A DNA stretch of 64,000 nucleotides from Eledone cirrhosa (GCA_964016885.1 OZ024740.1:170252001-170316000); one strand, 5' to 3'. Positions 1 through 14,285 are shown, numbered from the stretch's first letter. Program-made: numbers and translations. The notes: a model not told the origin generated them from the sequence alone.

Positions 1-379
1 TGAGTGCAAACCCAGCCAGATTAGATTAGATTAGATAGTTTTAGTGACACAATTAGGTCACTGCTGTATGGTGATCTGTCTCATATAGGGATAGTTTTAC
101 GTAAATTTACATCCTTCCGTAGTTCCCAATCCACCAGCCTAGGGATGGTGTCTCGTTAAAAATACCGGGTTGGCAAACTGCCTAAACCCTTTAGGCACAT
201 GGAAAAAAAACATTTAACCCAGTTCAAAATTATGGAGAGACATAACAATAATTGTAGACAGAGGATTGTGGTGCTGGAAAATACTTAAAAGTCTGAGCCC
301 ACCCGCCTCAAGAGCAAAGGGCAACACTCCCAAAAAGACAACGTAGAATCGGAAAATCTAAATCTAAGTGGATCCAAGG

Positions 380-1500
380 TGAGAATAAGTTTTTAAGAGA
401 ATGTTATGTTAGGAGTGATCCACCGAAAAATGGATATATGGAAAGGATGCACAGGTTGTGGCTGGAAAGAGGAATGAGGGAACTTTCTTCCAAAGGCTGG
501 CTAATAAGATTAGAAACATCAGAACCAAGAACGTATTGTAAAAGTAGAACTAGTAGAGATTCGTGACATAGTCCATGCAGAAGATGGCGCTGGGGTTGAA
601 TAATGAATAATGAAGTGAACAAAGATCTGGAAAAGGGGGAATCAGCTGACAATTCTGAAGCATTTGCTATTAAAAAAAAACATCGTTGGAGTTGGGGAAG
701 TCCGAAACACCATGCCATCTCACCAAGCCGAACCGGTGGTGCGACTCGAGAGGTTAGATATTGATAATGAAAATGGTAACATCAGTGTATTAACTGAACA
801 TGAAAAGAATTTATTAGCAAGGTTAAGTGTTGTCTTTCAGGGTGACTTACCAGCGGCGGTCCAGTCCATAAAAACATCAAATTATTGGTAATGTAAAAGA
901 CAATGACATTACCGAAACATAATCTACTTACCAGTGCAACATTATTAGATGCCGAGAGACTGGGTGTTAAAGTGCCCACAAAGGGCAAATCACGAAAATT
1001 GGAAGCTCCATTCTTCAAACGTAGAATTGAGAGAAACATCCTTAACTGGCGAACACCTCTTAGTTTCCTGGAAGAAATAAAGAAAGGAAATTATAATCTG
1101 ACCTCTAGCGAAAGAGTGATATTGAACAAACATATTATCTTGACGCTGTAGGCCATATTGATGGGATCAGTCAACTTAAGACAAACATACAATGTGGAAG
1201 TCTGAAAATTTGTAATCCTTAAAACAGCAATTCTATCAAAATAAACTTTTCGATCCAACCTTACTCAGCTTTATAAAGAACTTGATGATAAATGCTAAAC
1301 GTGCTTCTTGATCCAGTTGAGGCAACTGAATTTTGGAACAGCATCGGGGGATAGTTTCTTCTCTAATGGGACAGAGTGGCTTCAAAGAATAAGACATCAA
1401 CTAAACCAGAATGTGAAACAAGATACTATCAGCATTTACTCCAGTGATATCAAACAGTTTGTTAGAGGAATGCAAACTGGGAGGTACCTGGGCCTGAGGA
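380..1500 (+). mobile_element. Degenerate N-terminal part of an R4/Dong-like (RLE-type) non-LTR retrotransposon
   Basis: Frame-broken peptides NGYMERMHRLWLERG (~429), FYQNKLF (~1231), EATEFWNSI and ANWEVPGP (~1472) resemble the pre-RT region of R4-clade ORFs. Confidence 0.5.
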
Positions 1501-2235
1501 AGTTGAAACGGAGTGAGGACTGTTCAGCATCGTAGTTTCTGCTTCAGCTGTTAAATACTGTGAACAAAAGCGGCATCATGTGGCGCTGGGTCGCTTGAGA
1601 ACCCATGTTTCAATCAAGTGGTCAAATATACCATCCGAGCAAGGAATGAGGCTTTCGAGCTTGGCTTGGCTTCGAATTAAATCCTCCGTCTTGCACTTGT
1701 GGAACAAGCAGGCGCGAAAAATCGCAGCAGACACAGCAACTAAAGTGTTCTGGCTGATGATCCGCCGACTTCGTAATAAGAAATCCTTCTCCATGCCTGC
1801 TATCAGGAATGCGTCTAGGGCTCTCCTCTCTTCAAAGAGAAGCAGCCTCACGAGATGGAGGGATTACTTTACCGATCTCCTAAATTCAGTCACACAACAT
1901 CTTCTGATGGACACGAGATGCATCTGCGAGTAATGACTAATTTCCCGGAGGTTGAGGTCACAAAAGTAGTTAAAGAGCTAAAATGTGGCAAGGTTACTGG
2001 GGAAGATGTCATTCGAGATGTTAAAAGTCTTAAATAGAGAAGTTATTCTCTGGCTGATACGTCCTAAGTAAACAATAGTTTCAAATAGGGAGACAAGAGA
2101 GTTTGTTCCAATTATAGAGAGAACTCCTTCCCGACAAAGTCTATGCTACGTGTCTAGCAAAGAGATGTAGGGATATTGTCGAGTCCAAGTTAGCTGAAGA
2201 ACATTGTAGTTTTCTCCCTGCAGGCAGCATATCTA
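1500..2235 (+). mobile_element. RTE-type LINE fragment (linker and RT start)
   Basis: RWRDYFTDLLN, EVTKVVKELKCGKVTGEDVIR and GDKRVCSNYR motifs spread across shifted frames. Confidence 0.7.
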
Positions 2236-2506
2236 GTTTTATTCGAAAATAATTTTGAATAGAACAAAAACAGACACTCACTCCTCTTGCCATCGGCACA
2301 TAAGTAATAACATATTTCATAAAATTTCGCTTTTATTTTACTGGCGATTTCACTTCTCATTAGCCAACTAATTCACACGGTCCTTTACCGAGTCTTCGAG
2401 AGGATCAGCAAGTTTACAGTGTAAACATTAAAGTAGTCAGAGAAAGTCGCGTCCAATTACATATGGAAAGCATGAAACGAAGAAACATGGCTAATATACT
2501 CACTTA

Positions 2507-3156
2507 CAGTGGCGGACTGGCCAGGTTGCCGGCTTTCCCAATAGAAACTGGGCCCCAAGGGATCCACTTTAGAATTGCAAGAGCCCACGATAGCATTGAA
2601 GGGCCCACTGTAGTATCTTAGGGGCCAATTCTTTGCTTGCAAAAAATACCTGAAATTAAAGAGAAAGAATACATTTTTTTTAAATAAATAAAACAATAAA
2701 GCAAAGCATTTGGGCAACCAATTCTCCAAGGAATTACTAGAACCCAAAATATACGATAGTAAAAATAGCTGGAATCAGTGGTTGTAGATTCCACTAAATC
2801 TATGTGTATTCATTCATGCATGCAAACATACATATATAGACACAGACACACAAGCATATATATATATACTTACACACGGACTACTGACCAAATTTCCATT
2901 CTGTCCGCCGGGGCTGTGGGGAGGCCAGCACGTGGGACACCATTTGCTCACCTACGGAGAGAGGGGGAGGGCGAGAGAGATGGAGGTTGTGACAGTCGGA
3001 GTTCGGCTCTTCCACATTCGGACCATATCCTTGTGGTTGTGTTCATTAAGCAGTTAATGAGTCTGTTTTTTTATTCGTATAACACTATAGAATGAATATT
3101 TGGTACCAATGGGTTAAAGACATCTCTCAAATCAATTAGTGGCGAAGGTGGTGTAT

Positions 3157-3188
<32 letters not shown>

Positions 3189-3385
3189 TGAGTGAGTGTG
3201 AAAGACCAAAGGTCATTATTGAAAGTCTCTGGATTTCGTAAAATACATATTTTTCATTGGAGAAGATATGATATTTTTCGAAAATGTTATTTATTCATTA
3301 TAAAAATTAAATGATAGCATTCTATATGTAAGTAGACCCCCTTCATCTCCTGGCAACCGATATTTTTAGACCCAGTCCGCCACTG
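2507..3385. mobile_element. hAT-type MITE
   Basis: 14-bp TIRs CAGTGGCGGACTGG / CCAGTCCGCCACTG, flanked by a near-perfect 8-bp TSD CTCACTTA (2499-2506) / CTCGCTTA (3386-3393). Confidence 0.78.
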
Positions 3386-5251
3386 CTCGCTTATATTCTA
3401 TTGTATTACTTTTTTTATTCTATATATAATTATTGTTTTTCTTGACGGTTTATGCGTTACAAATTCTTATTGTAACACATGAATTTTGCTGACTGACACT
3501 AAATTCAACTTACCACGGTGTGTATAATAGAAACATAAATGTTTCTCATGTTCAATAACGGAAATGTAATTTGATTGTACACATTTTCCTTTCTTCACTA
3601 GGTCAACGAGTGGTTGACATGCTGCACCTTTGTAGTGGCAACTACAGTCCTAAATCATGAGTAGTGTATCTCACACTTGATTGGGAGATACAGAATATGG
3701 CAGGAGAGTTGGAACGGAGTAAAGTCAAAACAAAAAATGAATATAATAGAAACTTTTCTTTATTGAACATCAGTAGTGAGACAGGTCATTCTATTGAACA
3801 TATTTCTATGATACTGAAATACTAAGAAATAGACCTATTCTGCAAGATATATCTTTCTTATCCATTAAAAATTTAGAAATGCAAGTAAACGACAGCATTA
3901 TGAACTCCAAATGTTCCGGGAAAAAATGTTATAATCTAAGACATCTATAAGCCCAGGTTAGTGTTATTTACTTTGTACGCTCATACTTAGAAGTATTACT
4001 TTGTACGCTCAGATATGTTTGTTTCGCTGATAAACAACTTTTAGTTTCTTTCTAATGTTTAGAATAAGTTTTTTTTTCCCTGTATCTAAAACTTGTTATT
4101 CGAGTGGCATGATATTTTTGACTCTTTGAAGTTTAACTGATTCCCGCAATACTAAATGGATTAGATTATAAGTAAAGACTGCTAGTGACAAAAATTGAAT
4201 AACTCATGCATATTAATTGTCGGTTCACTTAATGACATTCATTGCATCTAAATTACTCGTGTAGTAACTTCAGACATCTTTTTTATGTACATTTTTGTTT
4301 GCTTAACACTAATAATATACTTTACTATAAACAAATATTTTTTGTTTACTAAGTTAAGTATAGGTTACATGTTCATGTCTTGTTTTCCAAGCTTAACGAC
4401 ATGGTAATTATATAAGTTATCTAAATATTGCATAATCGATCATCATTCCATATTTTGTAATATTATTCAGGGTCAGGTGCAATAAAATCATCATCATCAA
4501 TAACAACAACAGCAACAACGATACCAAAATCAACAACAGCAACAAACCCGACACCAACTGCAAGCGCCATGTAACATCGACGAAACCCCAAACAGACAAT
4601 AATTCAAAGCTATCGTAAGAATATTATCTCCTGCCCAGTTCTGACAAATACTAAAAAGTACATATAATCAATATCAGCAGCTGCTTCAGTAACTTCATGA
4701 GTTCCAAGACCCACCAAAGTTACGTGCATAAGAAAAAAGGGATGTTGCGATGTAAGAACTTTGTCAATCTGTGTTACCACTAAATATTTGTTCCTTCTCC
4801 CAATCTCCCCCCCCCCTACCCACTTCTATAACTGGTCACTTTGCAAACTAGAGCCTAATGTGACTTTTCTATTTCCTTCAGTTCCTAGTTTGGTCTAAAT
4901 CTGCATGTTTGACTTTAATCACCGTTCGTCTTTCTGTTGTTTATTTGAGAAATGTATCGATATTTGACGAAGATACCTCAAAGGATTGTTTTTGATCTTA
5001 TATCACTACAATATAAGTTATTATCCTCAAAATGGTTTCCCAAATTTTATCACGAAAACATTAATCCCAATCCACCAAATCAATCGGTCAGCCGATATCG
5101 CGGCAGCAATCCATTAGGATTTTACCGTATCTCTATATATACTGTGCGCCCCCCCCCCCCCCCCCCAAAAAATGTATATAGTTCTAACTTGATGAGTAGA
5201 CGTCTCGACGCCCTCCCCAAATGTGAGCGCATAGATATATAATATAATATA

Positions 5252-5300
<49 letters not shown>

Positions 5301-5343
5301 TAAAAAACGAAAAATCAGTGATGCATCTGGACTCAGTTTATTG

Positions 5344-5383
5344 CGTGTTACAATTGTTTCGCCGGAAGGTAACTCGAGACATG
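5344..5383 (-). ncRNA. Hammerhead-like motif with shortened CUCGA core (family A)
   Basis: Minus strand reads catgt CTCGA gttaccttccggc GAAA caattg TA acacg, followed by AATAAA. Stem III is palindromic. Confidence 0.4.
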
Positions 5384-6148
5384 ATCACTGTATGGATCTG
5401 GCTGATTCTACGGCTGCAGGTTCCTTGGAACACATGCAATTCTTTCGGAGCAAATTTTCTCACTAAGGTGTTCTCATCAAAAAACACATTCAAGAAACAT
5501 CTTCCACTCTTGTCATGCCATTGGCTGTTGTTTTTCTACGTCATCATAAATTCTGGTCACTATTTACTGCTACACTGGTCATCAGCCATATATGTACGCA
5601 CACATGTGTAGACACACATACCCCCATGCACATATACACACACACACACACTCTCCCTCTCTTACACATACTCAAGCACACCCACACCCAAATACTAACC
5701 ACCACATGCCTATTGGCGCCTGCCTATACAGCCCCTTACATCCGGTCACACAAACACGCGCAGACACACACGTACACGCATACAAAGACACATATCGGCA
5801 TTCGGGCACAGCTGCACATATATACACAAACATTCTCAGACACATACATAGACACACACACGCACAGATACAGACCTGTACATATATCTACACACAAGTA
5901 CTATATAAACATATAGACAATATAAACATCTAGACTATATAAACAATATAAACATATAGACTATATAAACATATAGACAATATATAAACATATAGACAAA
6001 CCCTGTCCTATGTCGGTGTACGTACTCACCCCTCCCACACACACACACTGACAGATACACACACCATGGATATATATGTGTGTGTACATAGACACACACA
6101 CACATACACACACATATATATAACTCTACATGCATACAAATACCCACA

Positions 6149-6188
<40 letters not shown>

Positions 6189-6327
6189 CATATATATACA
6201 CATAAGCACACGTAAACCCACATGCACACACATGCACATATGGATATGTGCTTACACACACCTGCTTACACATATACATATATAAACAAAATGTAAAATA
6301 AATATACAATATACAATAAAAATACAA

Positions 6328-7314
6328 TCTATATATATAAAACTGTGGTTGTCTGTCTGTCTATCGATTTTTGGCACACATCTCCTCTTAGAATCTCTGA
6401 CGGAATTGCACCGAAATTGCTATACTTGTACATTGAGCCCTAGCGAAGACATCGGAAAAAAAATATTTCAAATTGACCCACCCTATGTGACGAAATCGAA
6501 TATAATGTATCGATTTTTGAGCGTAAGTTATCAGTTATTTCCCTTTGTTCTGTTTACATTGAGCGTCTTACGTAAAAAATTACGCTGGCTTTCCTAGCGT
6601 TTAAAATGACATTAACACAATACACGAACAGTTGTCGTCGAGCCAGCAAAATATTGACCTGCAAAATTCATCAGTTCGAACACTAAGCTTCCGTTTTGCT
6701 TCATTTCCATTTAAAAGCATTTTAAAACAATATTTTTACTTGAAAACAAGTCTATTTAAAGACTACGTAAAACAAGCAAATATTTCGTCGTTAGGCGTGC
6801 AGACATCAGTCGTGCAGACAGACAGTCGTGCAGAGAGGTGATATACGCGTGCAGACAGACAGTCGTGCAGAGAGGTGATATAGGCGTGCAGACAGACAGT
6901 CGTGCAGAGAGGTGATATAGGCGTGCGGACAGACAGTCGTGCAGAGAGGTGATATAGGCGTGCAGACAGACAGTCGTGCAGAGAGGTGATATAGGCGTGC
7001 AGACAGACATAACTGATAATTTGGTTACGCTAATGTTTTTCTCTGCGTTGCAGTGTTTACATTTTCGATCTTTGTTAATAAATAACCAGTGCAGTTTTTA
7101 TCCCCAGCATCCTCTTTTGTTATAACATTCGGGTTATCGTTATGTTTTCTTAACTTCATAAGGCATATTGTTGGTTGAGGGAATATTAATCAAAAACACC
7201 ACATGCAAGTCTGCACAGTAGACATTACAGTTTTTAAGCCAAAAAAGAAACTTAACATTGTAACTTTAACACAGCTACTGAGCGACCCCGAGCAACGCCG
7301 GGCTTTACTGCTAG
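6328..7314 (+). mobile_element. Non-autonomous Helitron nested in the PLE 3' arm
   Basis: Starts TC after an A, has a subterminal hairpin CCCG-agcaacgc-CGGG, and ends CTAG before a T. It is absent from the homologous position of the inverted arm (~12430-12490). Confidence 0.82.
6792..7008. repeat. 37-bp minisatellite inside the Helitron (about 5.5 units)
   Basis: Unit TAGGCGTGCAGACAGACAGTCGTGCAGAGAGGTGATA starts at 6844, 6881, 6918, 6955 and 6992 (partial). Confidence 0.92.
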
Positions 7315-7343
7315 TATACAATAAAATAACAATATAGTATACA

Positions 7344-7406
<63 letters not shown>

Positions 7407-8245
7407 GATATATGATACAATAATTCCGGTGAGATGTACACATATATATACACATAAATATATATAGACACACATACACATATATACACACGCACATACA
7501 TACGCACCCACATACACATACATACACAGCTATAAATATATACATATATATACACACATGCACCCACATATGTACACACATGTACATGCATGCACACACA
7601 TATATATATAAAATCACGCATATACGTACACATGCACACATACACACCCACACACCCACACACGTATATATATCTCTCTCTACATACACACACACATACA
7701 TATACATACACACAGGTCTACACATAAACACACACATAAAAACAATAAGATAATACAATAAAATAAATTTACAATATGTTAAAATACATTAAAATCTGTA
7801 TATAACTTCACAAAGAGATATATAAAAAAAGGGGGGAGGTAAAGGAGGAGGTACGTGTATTCATGTGATATCCTACACACAGGCAGTATGAGGTGCAAAC
7901 TTAGGTCCGTGTATGGAACAAACAACAATAACAATAATAACAATAATAACAATAATATTAATTGTTCCAAAGTGGAACATGTGGAGAGTATATATTCACG
8001 ATTGACCGAGTACACATTCATGGCGACGCTTGGCCCGGTCACCTTGGGGTATGTCACTGTGGTTGGGGTGTGCTGTTCTATATGTTTGGGGTATTTGACT
8101 GAACGACCGTGGACTCCGAGTCACTCGGTTCCGGCATAGGCGATGTACCTGCCTAATGTTGCGTGGGCGGTGCCATCTGCACCCTGGTTTATTTAGGTTT
8201 GCCACACGGTGTGTATAATGTCATCAGGGTATGGTATCAGGTCCC

Positions 8246-10999
8246 TTAATCCCGTTGGGTCGCTCGGGCCTGTGCGTACTTGGTCTCATGCCCTTGGCCT
8301 GTGCTACCCGGAGGATTCCATGTTGCAAATGTGCATTTTCTCTGGGGTCTGCAGGTCATGATAATTTCAGACTTCAGGTTGACCGCGTCATCTTTCAGTC
8401 TGACTATCTCCATGGCCTCGTGTAGGCATAATCCGCACTTTCTACTTCCAGCCGAATATGCCCTCGCATGCCGAACGATACTCCATTCCTGGGTGTACGA
8501 GGTGCCTTGGTCTTTCAGGTCCCACACCAGGTCCGCTAACCTAGTGGAGTGCCTTTTGCTCCGGTCCCTGAAGGAATTCGTGTGATTATACATCCGCGAT
8601 TTAAAGGTCGTGGATGTTGCGCCGATGTAGGTGCGACGCGCATTTTGGGTTCTAACCACACATGTATATCAGGTCCTTCGTCAAGTATTTTGGGTTCTAA
8701 CCACACTTGTATATCAGGTCCTTCGTCAGGCATTTTCCCTGTAGGGGCACTGGGTGCCCGCTCTGCAGTTACAAGTTCTGTTGTCAGTTCTTTCGCATCT
8801 GACGTCTGGGCCTCGATCTGCTATGGCCCTCTCAGGATGTTCAAGGTGTTGTTCCGCCGACACGGTGGTCTCCCCTATGCCACTTGTTCCCTCCCGGCGT
8901 TGGATAACATCACCTTCCACGGGCGTTTCGGCCGCCTCAGGGGCCGGGTTGTCATTTGAGGGCCGGTCCCCGGGTGGTCCTCCGCGCCCCGATAGACGGT
9001 CAATCTGTCGCCGCGGTTGACGGCCAATGCTCGCCATCTTCACCACGTTAGTTTTAACCATGTAGTCGGCCATGTTAGGTGCTGTGGAGAAGGAAAACTT
9101 CACCGTGTGGCAGTTGAAGATTTTGTGGTACTTGTTCGTGGGCGGAAAGCACTCATCCAATGCTCGGAAAAAAAGTCCTGGCACGTTGGTGCGTTCATGT
9201 TTGGAGTAAGGCGCATTAAACCATATAACGGCCTTAGATCTGACCTTCGCGTGCGTGGGGTCGTGCTGGTGTGTCCTGGACCCGATGTCCGTCTCGTGTT
9301 CTGCCCAGCCACAATTACATCTCCTGTGTTGTCTCTATCTATGTTCCCGCTGTGGGCATCAGGGTTATGCCCTTCAGTTATTAAGGTATGTCGTTCTATG
9401 TTGTCGGCTATACATCTAGTCCCCTTAGGTCTATGTGATGCTGCTGTCTGTACTGTACCACTACAACCAGGTCGGGTGTGCTCTCTGGCGGGTGCCACGG
9501 CCGTACGTGTCGTTGTCCCAGTTGCCGTGAAGCATGCAGTGTGCGTGCCAGGCCCATGTCTCCGCGTACTGGGTGGTCTAGCTCCTATGGGTGCTTTTTT
9601 CCTTCCTGTGGTCGGTCCTGTGTCATTAATGTTAGCTGTATTGCTATTTGTGTTCCTAGAGACTGCTACCGGGTCATTTCTACCTATGGAAGCGCCCCCG
9701 TTATTGCCGTTTCTGCACGCCTCGGCGCTTGGCTCTTCCCTGTCCGGAGTATACAGTATGCTATCTGTGTAACCGGCCCTGCGCAGTGCCTCATTATAAT
9801 ATTCGGCGTGCTGTTTAAACACGTCTGCGTTCGCCGACAGGGTGGATACGCGTTTGGATACCCCTTTAACTATAGCTTCTATGACTGACATAGGGTGATT
9901 CGATTGCTTGTTCACATATTGCCGGTTCTCGTTGGGCTTGTGATACGGTTGGTGGGTGCCCGTATTCATTTCCAAGGTAACGTCCAGGAAATTAACCGTC
10001 TTAGTGCTAGAATCAATTGTCACGGATAAGTCGTGTTGTTTAAAAAAATGCGATATGCGCTTCCTCATACGCTCCTCTGGCTGGGGTTTAGGGAACGGAA
10101 GGTGAAGAGTGCGTCGTCCCTGTATATTCCACCGCCGATCCACGGGATCTCTTCCGTTAACCTATGGATGAGATATATCCCCACAAGTTCGGTCACCTGT
10201 GCCGAGTCGCTCGATCCCATGGTGATATCGAAAATCTCGGGTCTGTCCCTCCTCTCCCATAACTTGTCTTCGAATCTAATTAGCGTCTTTCTGGCTGCTA
10301 CTATGAGGTTGGTCTCCTCCCTAGTGAGGCTAGATCTGGCCATGGCGCTCATGAGGGCCTAATAATTATCTATGTCTAACTGAATAAAATGTACTTGTTG
10401 CTTGTCACCTACTAACGAGCACCAGTCAATTACCTCCTTAGTGGAGGTCCATAGGCTAAGCCTAGTTTTGTTCCTAAGTACCGGTAGTATCCTGTCTATG
10501 ATATATTTTCTGGTCCTGCCTAAGTCAGATTTTGAGGGTGCTATTAACCTAAACGGTAATCATCTAATCCTAGCCCCGTCATTATATTTTTTGTCGTGGC
10601 GTTAATATTATCTAAATTTGTCTGCCTGTGGTCCCATAGATTTTCCTAATCTCTTTCCCGAGGCAGTCGTTGTATGTAAAACGGTCAAGTATGTAAATCC
10701 TGGCATTCTTCTATGCTTTTGATAGTGGAGTTGAGACTCTTGAGGTACTTGGTTCGCCGTGCACTATTCCTATGGAACTGGATGTTACGAACTATGTTGA
10801 TTATACGATTTTCAAATTCCTCCAGCTGTGCGTTATGTGGCTGGTGTCGTCTCGATCTAAATATCCGCTTTGGGCGGTCCTGGAGGGCGTCGAGCGTGTG
10901 TTGTTGTGTCCTCCTGTAGTGGTGAAATGCGCGCCATCTCAAGCGTCTGACGGGATCGGTATGTCTTTCAAGGAGGAAGAGTAATTGAATTTTTACATG
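8246..10999 (-). pseudogene. Disrupted PLE ORF: reverse transcriptase + CxCx5C linker + GIY-YIG endonuclease
   Basis: N-terminal FNYSSSLKDIPIPS and RLRWRAF; RT FDITMGS, GGIYRDDAL, VNFLDVTL, SNHP; thumb WFNAPYS...KIFN; linker CNCRAGTQCP; endonuclease YIGAT...FKSRMYNH...CGLCLHE...NLKSEIIMTCR. Several frameshifts. Confidence 0.88.
8642..8729. repeat. 45-bp tandem duplication at the start of the GIY-YIG domain
   Basis: ATTTTGGGTTCTAACCACAC(A/T)TGTATATCAGGTCCTTCGTCA at 8642 and 8687. Confidence 0.9.
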
Positions 11000-12058
11000 G
11001 CGGATCGCTGTAAGCGCTCCTTGTGGAGGAGCGTAGTATATACATGTGTATAATGGTAGCTATGGTGCTTCCATAGGCGGTATGCCAAAATTAGCACTCA
11101 ATATTCTTACAGAGCAATTTTGTAACTGACCCGGAGTCCACGGTCGTTCAGTCAAATACCCCAAACATATAGAACAGCACACCCCAACCACAGTGACATA
11201 CCCCAAGGTGACCGGGCCAAGCGTCGCCATGAATGTGTACTCGGTCAATCGTGAATATATACTCTCCACATGTTCCACTTTGGAACAATTAATATTATTG
11301 TTATTATTGTTATTATTGTTATTGTTGTTTGTTCCATACACGGACCTAAGTTTGCACCTCATACTGCCTGTGTGTAGGATATCACATGAACACACGTACC
11401 TCCTCCTTTACCTCCCCCCTTTTTATATATATCTCTTTGTGAAGTTATATACAGATTTTAATGTATTTTAACATATTGTAAATTTATTTTATTGTATTAT
11501 CTTATTGGTTTTATGTGTGTGTTTATGTGTAGACCTGTGTGTATGTATATGTATGTGTGTGTGTATGTAGAGAGAGATATATATACGTGTGTGGGTGTGT
11601 GGGTGTGTATGTGTGCATGTGTACGTATATGCGTGAGTTTATGTAAATGTGTGTGTGTGCATGCATTTCCATGTGTGTACATATGTGGGTGTATGTGTGT
11701 ATATATATGTATATATATATATAGCTGTGTATGAGTATGTGGGTGCGTATGTATGTGTGTGTGTCTGTATATATGTGTATGTGTGTCTGTATATATATTT
11801 ATGTGAATATATATGTGTACATGTGTGTACATATGTGGGTGTATGTGTGTATCTATATGTATATATATATATAGCAGTGTATGAGTATGTGTGTGTATGT
11901 GGGTGCGTATGTATGTGTGTGTGTCTGTATATATGTGTATGTGTGCCTGTATATATATTTATATGAATATATAATGTGTACATCTCACAGGAATGTGTAC
12001 GGATGGATTATATATTCATTTTATTATATATTATTGTATCATATATCTATTATATATA

Positions 12059-12414
<356 letters not shown>

Positions 12415-13690
12415 ATATATATATATATATATATTATATTGTATACTATATTGTTATTTTATTGTATATTGTATATTTATTTTACGGTTTTGTTTATATA
12501 TGTATATGTGTAAGCAGGTGTGTGTAAGCACATATCCATATGTGCATGTGTGTGTACATGTGGGTGCCCGTGTGCGTATGTGTATATATATATGTATATG
12601 TATATGTATATGTATATATATATGTGGCTATGTGTATGCATGTAGAGTTATATATATGTGTGTGTATGTGTGCGTGTATGTATTTACGTCTATGTATGTG
12701 TATATATGTATCTATGTGTATGTATATATATATGTATATGTATATATGGATATGCGTAGGCATAAGTGTGTGCGTATGTATGTGTCTATGTGTTTGTATG
12801 TGTGTGTGTGTGTACACATATAGACATATGTGTGTATGGGCTTGTATGTGTATGTGTGTATATATATGTATATGCATACATATATGCATATGTGTATGTG
12901 TGTGTGTGTCTGTATGCGTGTGTATGTGTGTGTGTCTATGTACACACACATATATATCCATGGTGTGGGTATCTGTCAGTGTGTGGGTGCGTACGTACAC
13001 CCACATAGGACAGGGTTTGTCTATATGTTTATATGCGGGTACATGTACTTGTGTGTAGATATGTGTACAGGTCTGTATCTGTGCGTGTATGTGTGCTTTT
13101 GTCTTTGGAAGTGTGTCTGTCCTTGATGCCTATCCATAAGGATATGCGTGTATGTGCGTGTGTGTGTCTATGTATGTGTTTGAGAGTGTGTGTGTATATA
13201 TGTGCAGATGTGCCCGAACGCCGATATGAGTCTTTGTATGCGTGTACGTGTGTATCTGTGCGTGTGTGAGCGTGTGCGTGCGTGTGAGATCGGATGTAAG
13301 GGGTTGTATAGGTAGACGCCAATAGGCATGTGGTGGTCGGTATGTGGGTATGGGTGTGCTTGTGTATGTGTATGTGTGTGTGTGTATTTGTGTGTGTGTA
13401 TATATGTGGGTACATACTCGGGAGTGTGAACAGACGTGTGAGATACCAAAGCCAGCATGGCTCCATTGAAGTGTGTCGGACGGAAAATGGCTGATGACCA
13501 GTGTAGCAGTAAATAGTGACCAGAATTTATGATGATGTAGAAAAACAACAGCCAATGGCATGACAGGAGTGGAAAATATTTTTTGAAGGTTTTTTGATGA
13601 GAACACCCCAGTGAGAAAATTTGCTCCGAAAGAATTGCATGTGTCCGAAGGAACCTGCAGCCGTAGAATCATCCAGATCCATACAGTGAT

Positions 13691-13730
13691 CATGTCTCGA
13701 GCTACCTGCCGGCGAAACAATTGTAACACG
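13691..13730 (+). ncRNA. Hammerhead-like motif with shortened CUCGA core (family A, inverted copy)
   Basis: catgt CTCGA gct acctgcc ggc GAAA caattg TA acacg caataaa. Confidence 0.42.
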
Positions 13731-13986
13731 CAATAAACTGAGTTCAGATGCATCACTGACTTTTCGTTTTTTTATACTATTCACACTTTGCTCTGTAAGA
13801 ATATTGAGTGCTCAACTGGCATACCGCCTATGGAAGCACCATAGCTACCATTATATACACGTATATATATATATATATATATGTAGAAGTTCTATTTTTT
13901 ATAACTGATATAAAGCACTCAACAAATTATTGGAGTAAAAAATACGATATATTAACAAATTGAAACTATATTTATAAAACCATATT

Positions 13987-14051
13987 TATTTCATTATACA
14001 TATTTCAAGAACACCAAGTTAAATTATGGTGTGCTTTCATCAGATAAAATA
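13987..14051 (-). ncRNA. Type I hammerhead ribozyme
   Basis: tattttat CTGATGA aagcacacc-loop-ggtgttctt GAAA tatgta TA atgaaata. Confidence 0.8.
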
Positions 14052-14179
14052 TAATATAGACCAGTTTTATAAATAAATATTGACATATCCTTAAAGAATT
14101 TCTGTTGGAAGCTTCCAACAGAAATGGTCGCATTCTTTAAGGGTATGTCAATATTTATTTATAAAACTGGTCTATATTA

Positions 14180-14244
14180 TATTTTATCTGATGAAAGCAC
14201 ACCATAATTTAACTTGGTGTCCTTGAAATATGTATAATGAAATA
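14180..14244 (+). ncRNA. Type I hammerhead ribozyme
   Basis: tattttat CTGATGA aagcacacc ataatttaactt ggtgtcctt GAAA tatgta TA atgaaata. Confidence 0.8.
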
Positions 14245-14285
14245 AATATGGTTTTATAAATATAGTTTCCATTTGTTAATATATC

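Noticed and set aside
85-200. HDV-like ribozyme at the 5' end of the R4-like element
   Set aside because: Could not assemble P1, P3 and P1.1 consistently by eye; needs a descriptor search.
3602-3720. Exon-like segment after a pyrimidine tract and AG
   Set aside because: In-frame stop in the best frame, weak donor and no recognisable protein.
6792-7008. CRISPR-like array
   Set aside because: Head-to-tail identical units with no unique spacers, no cas genes, and located inside a Helitron in animal DNA.
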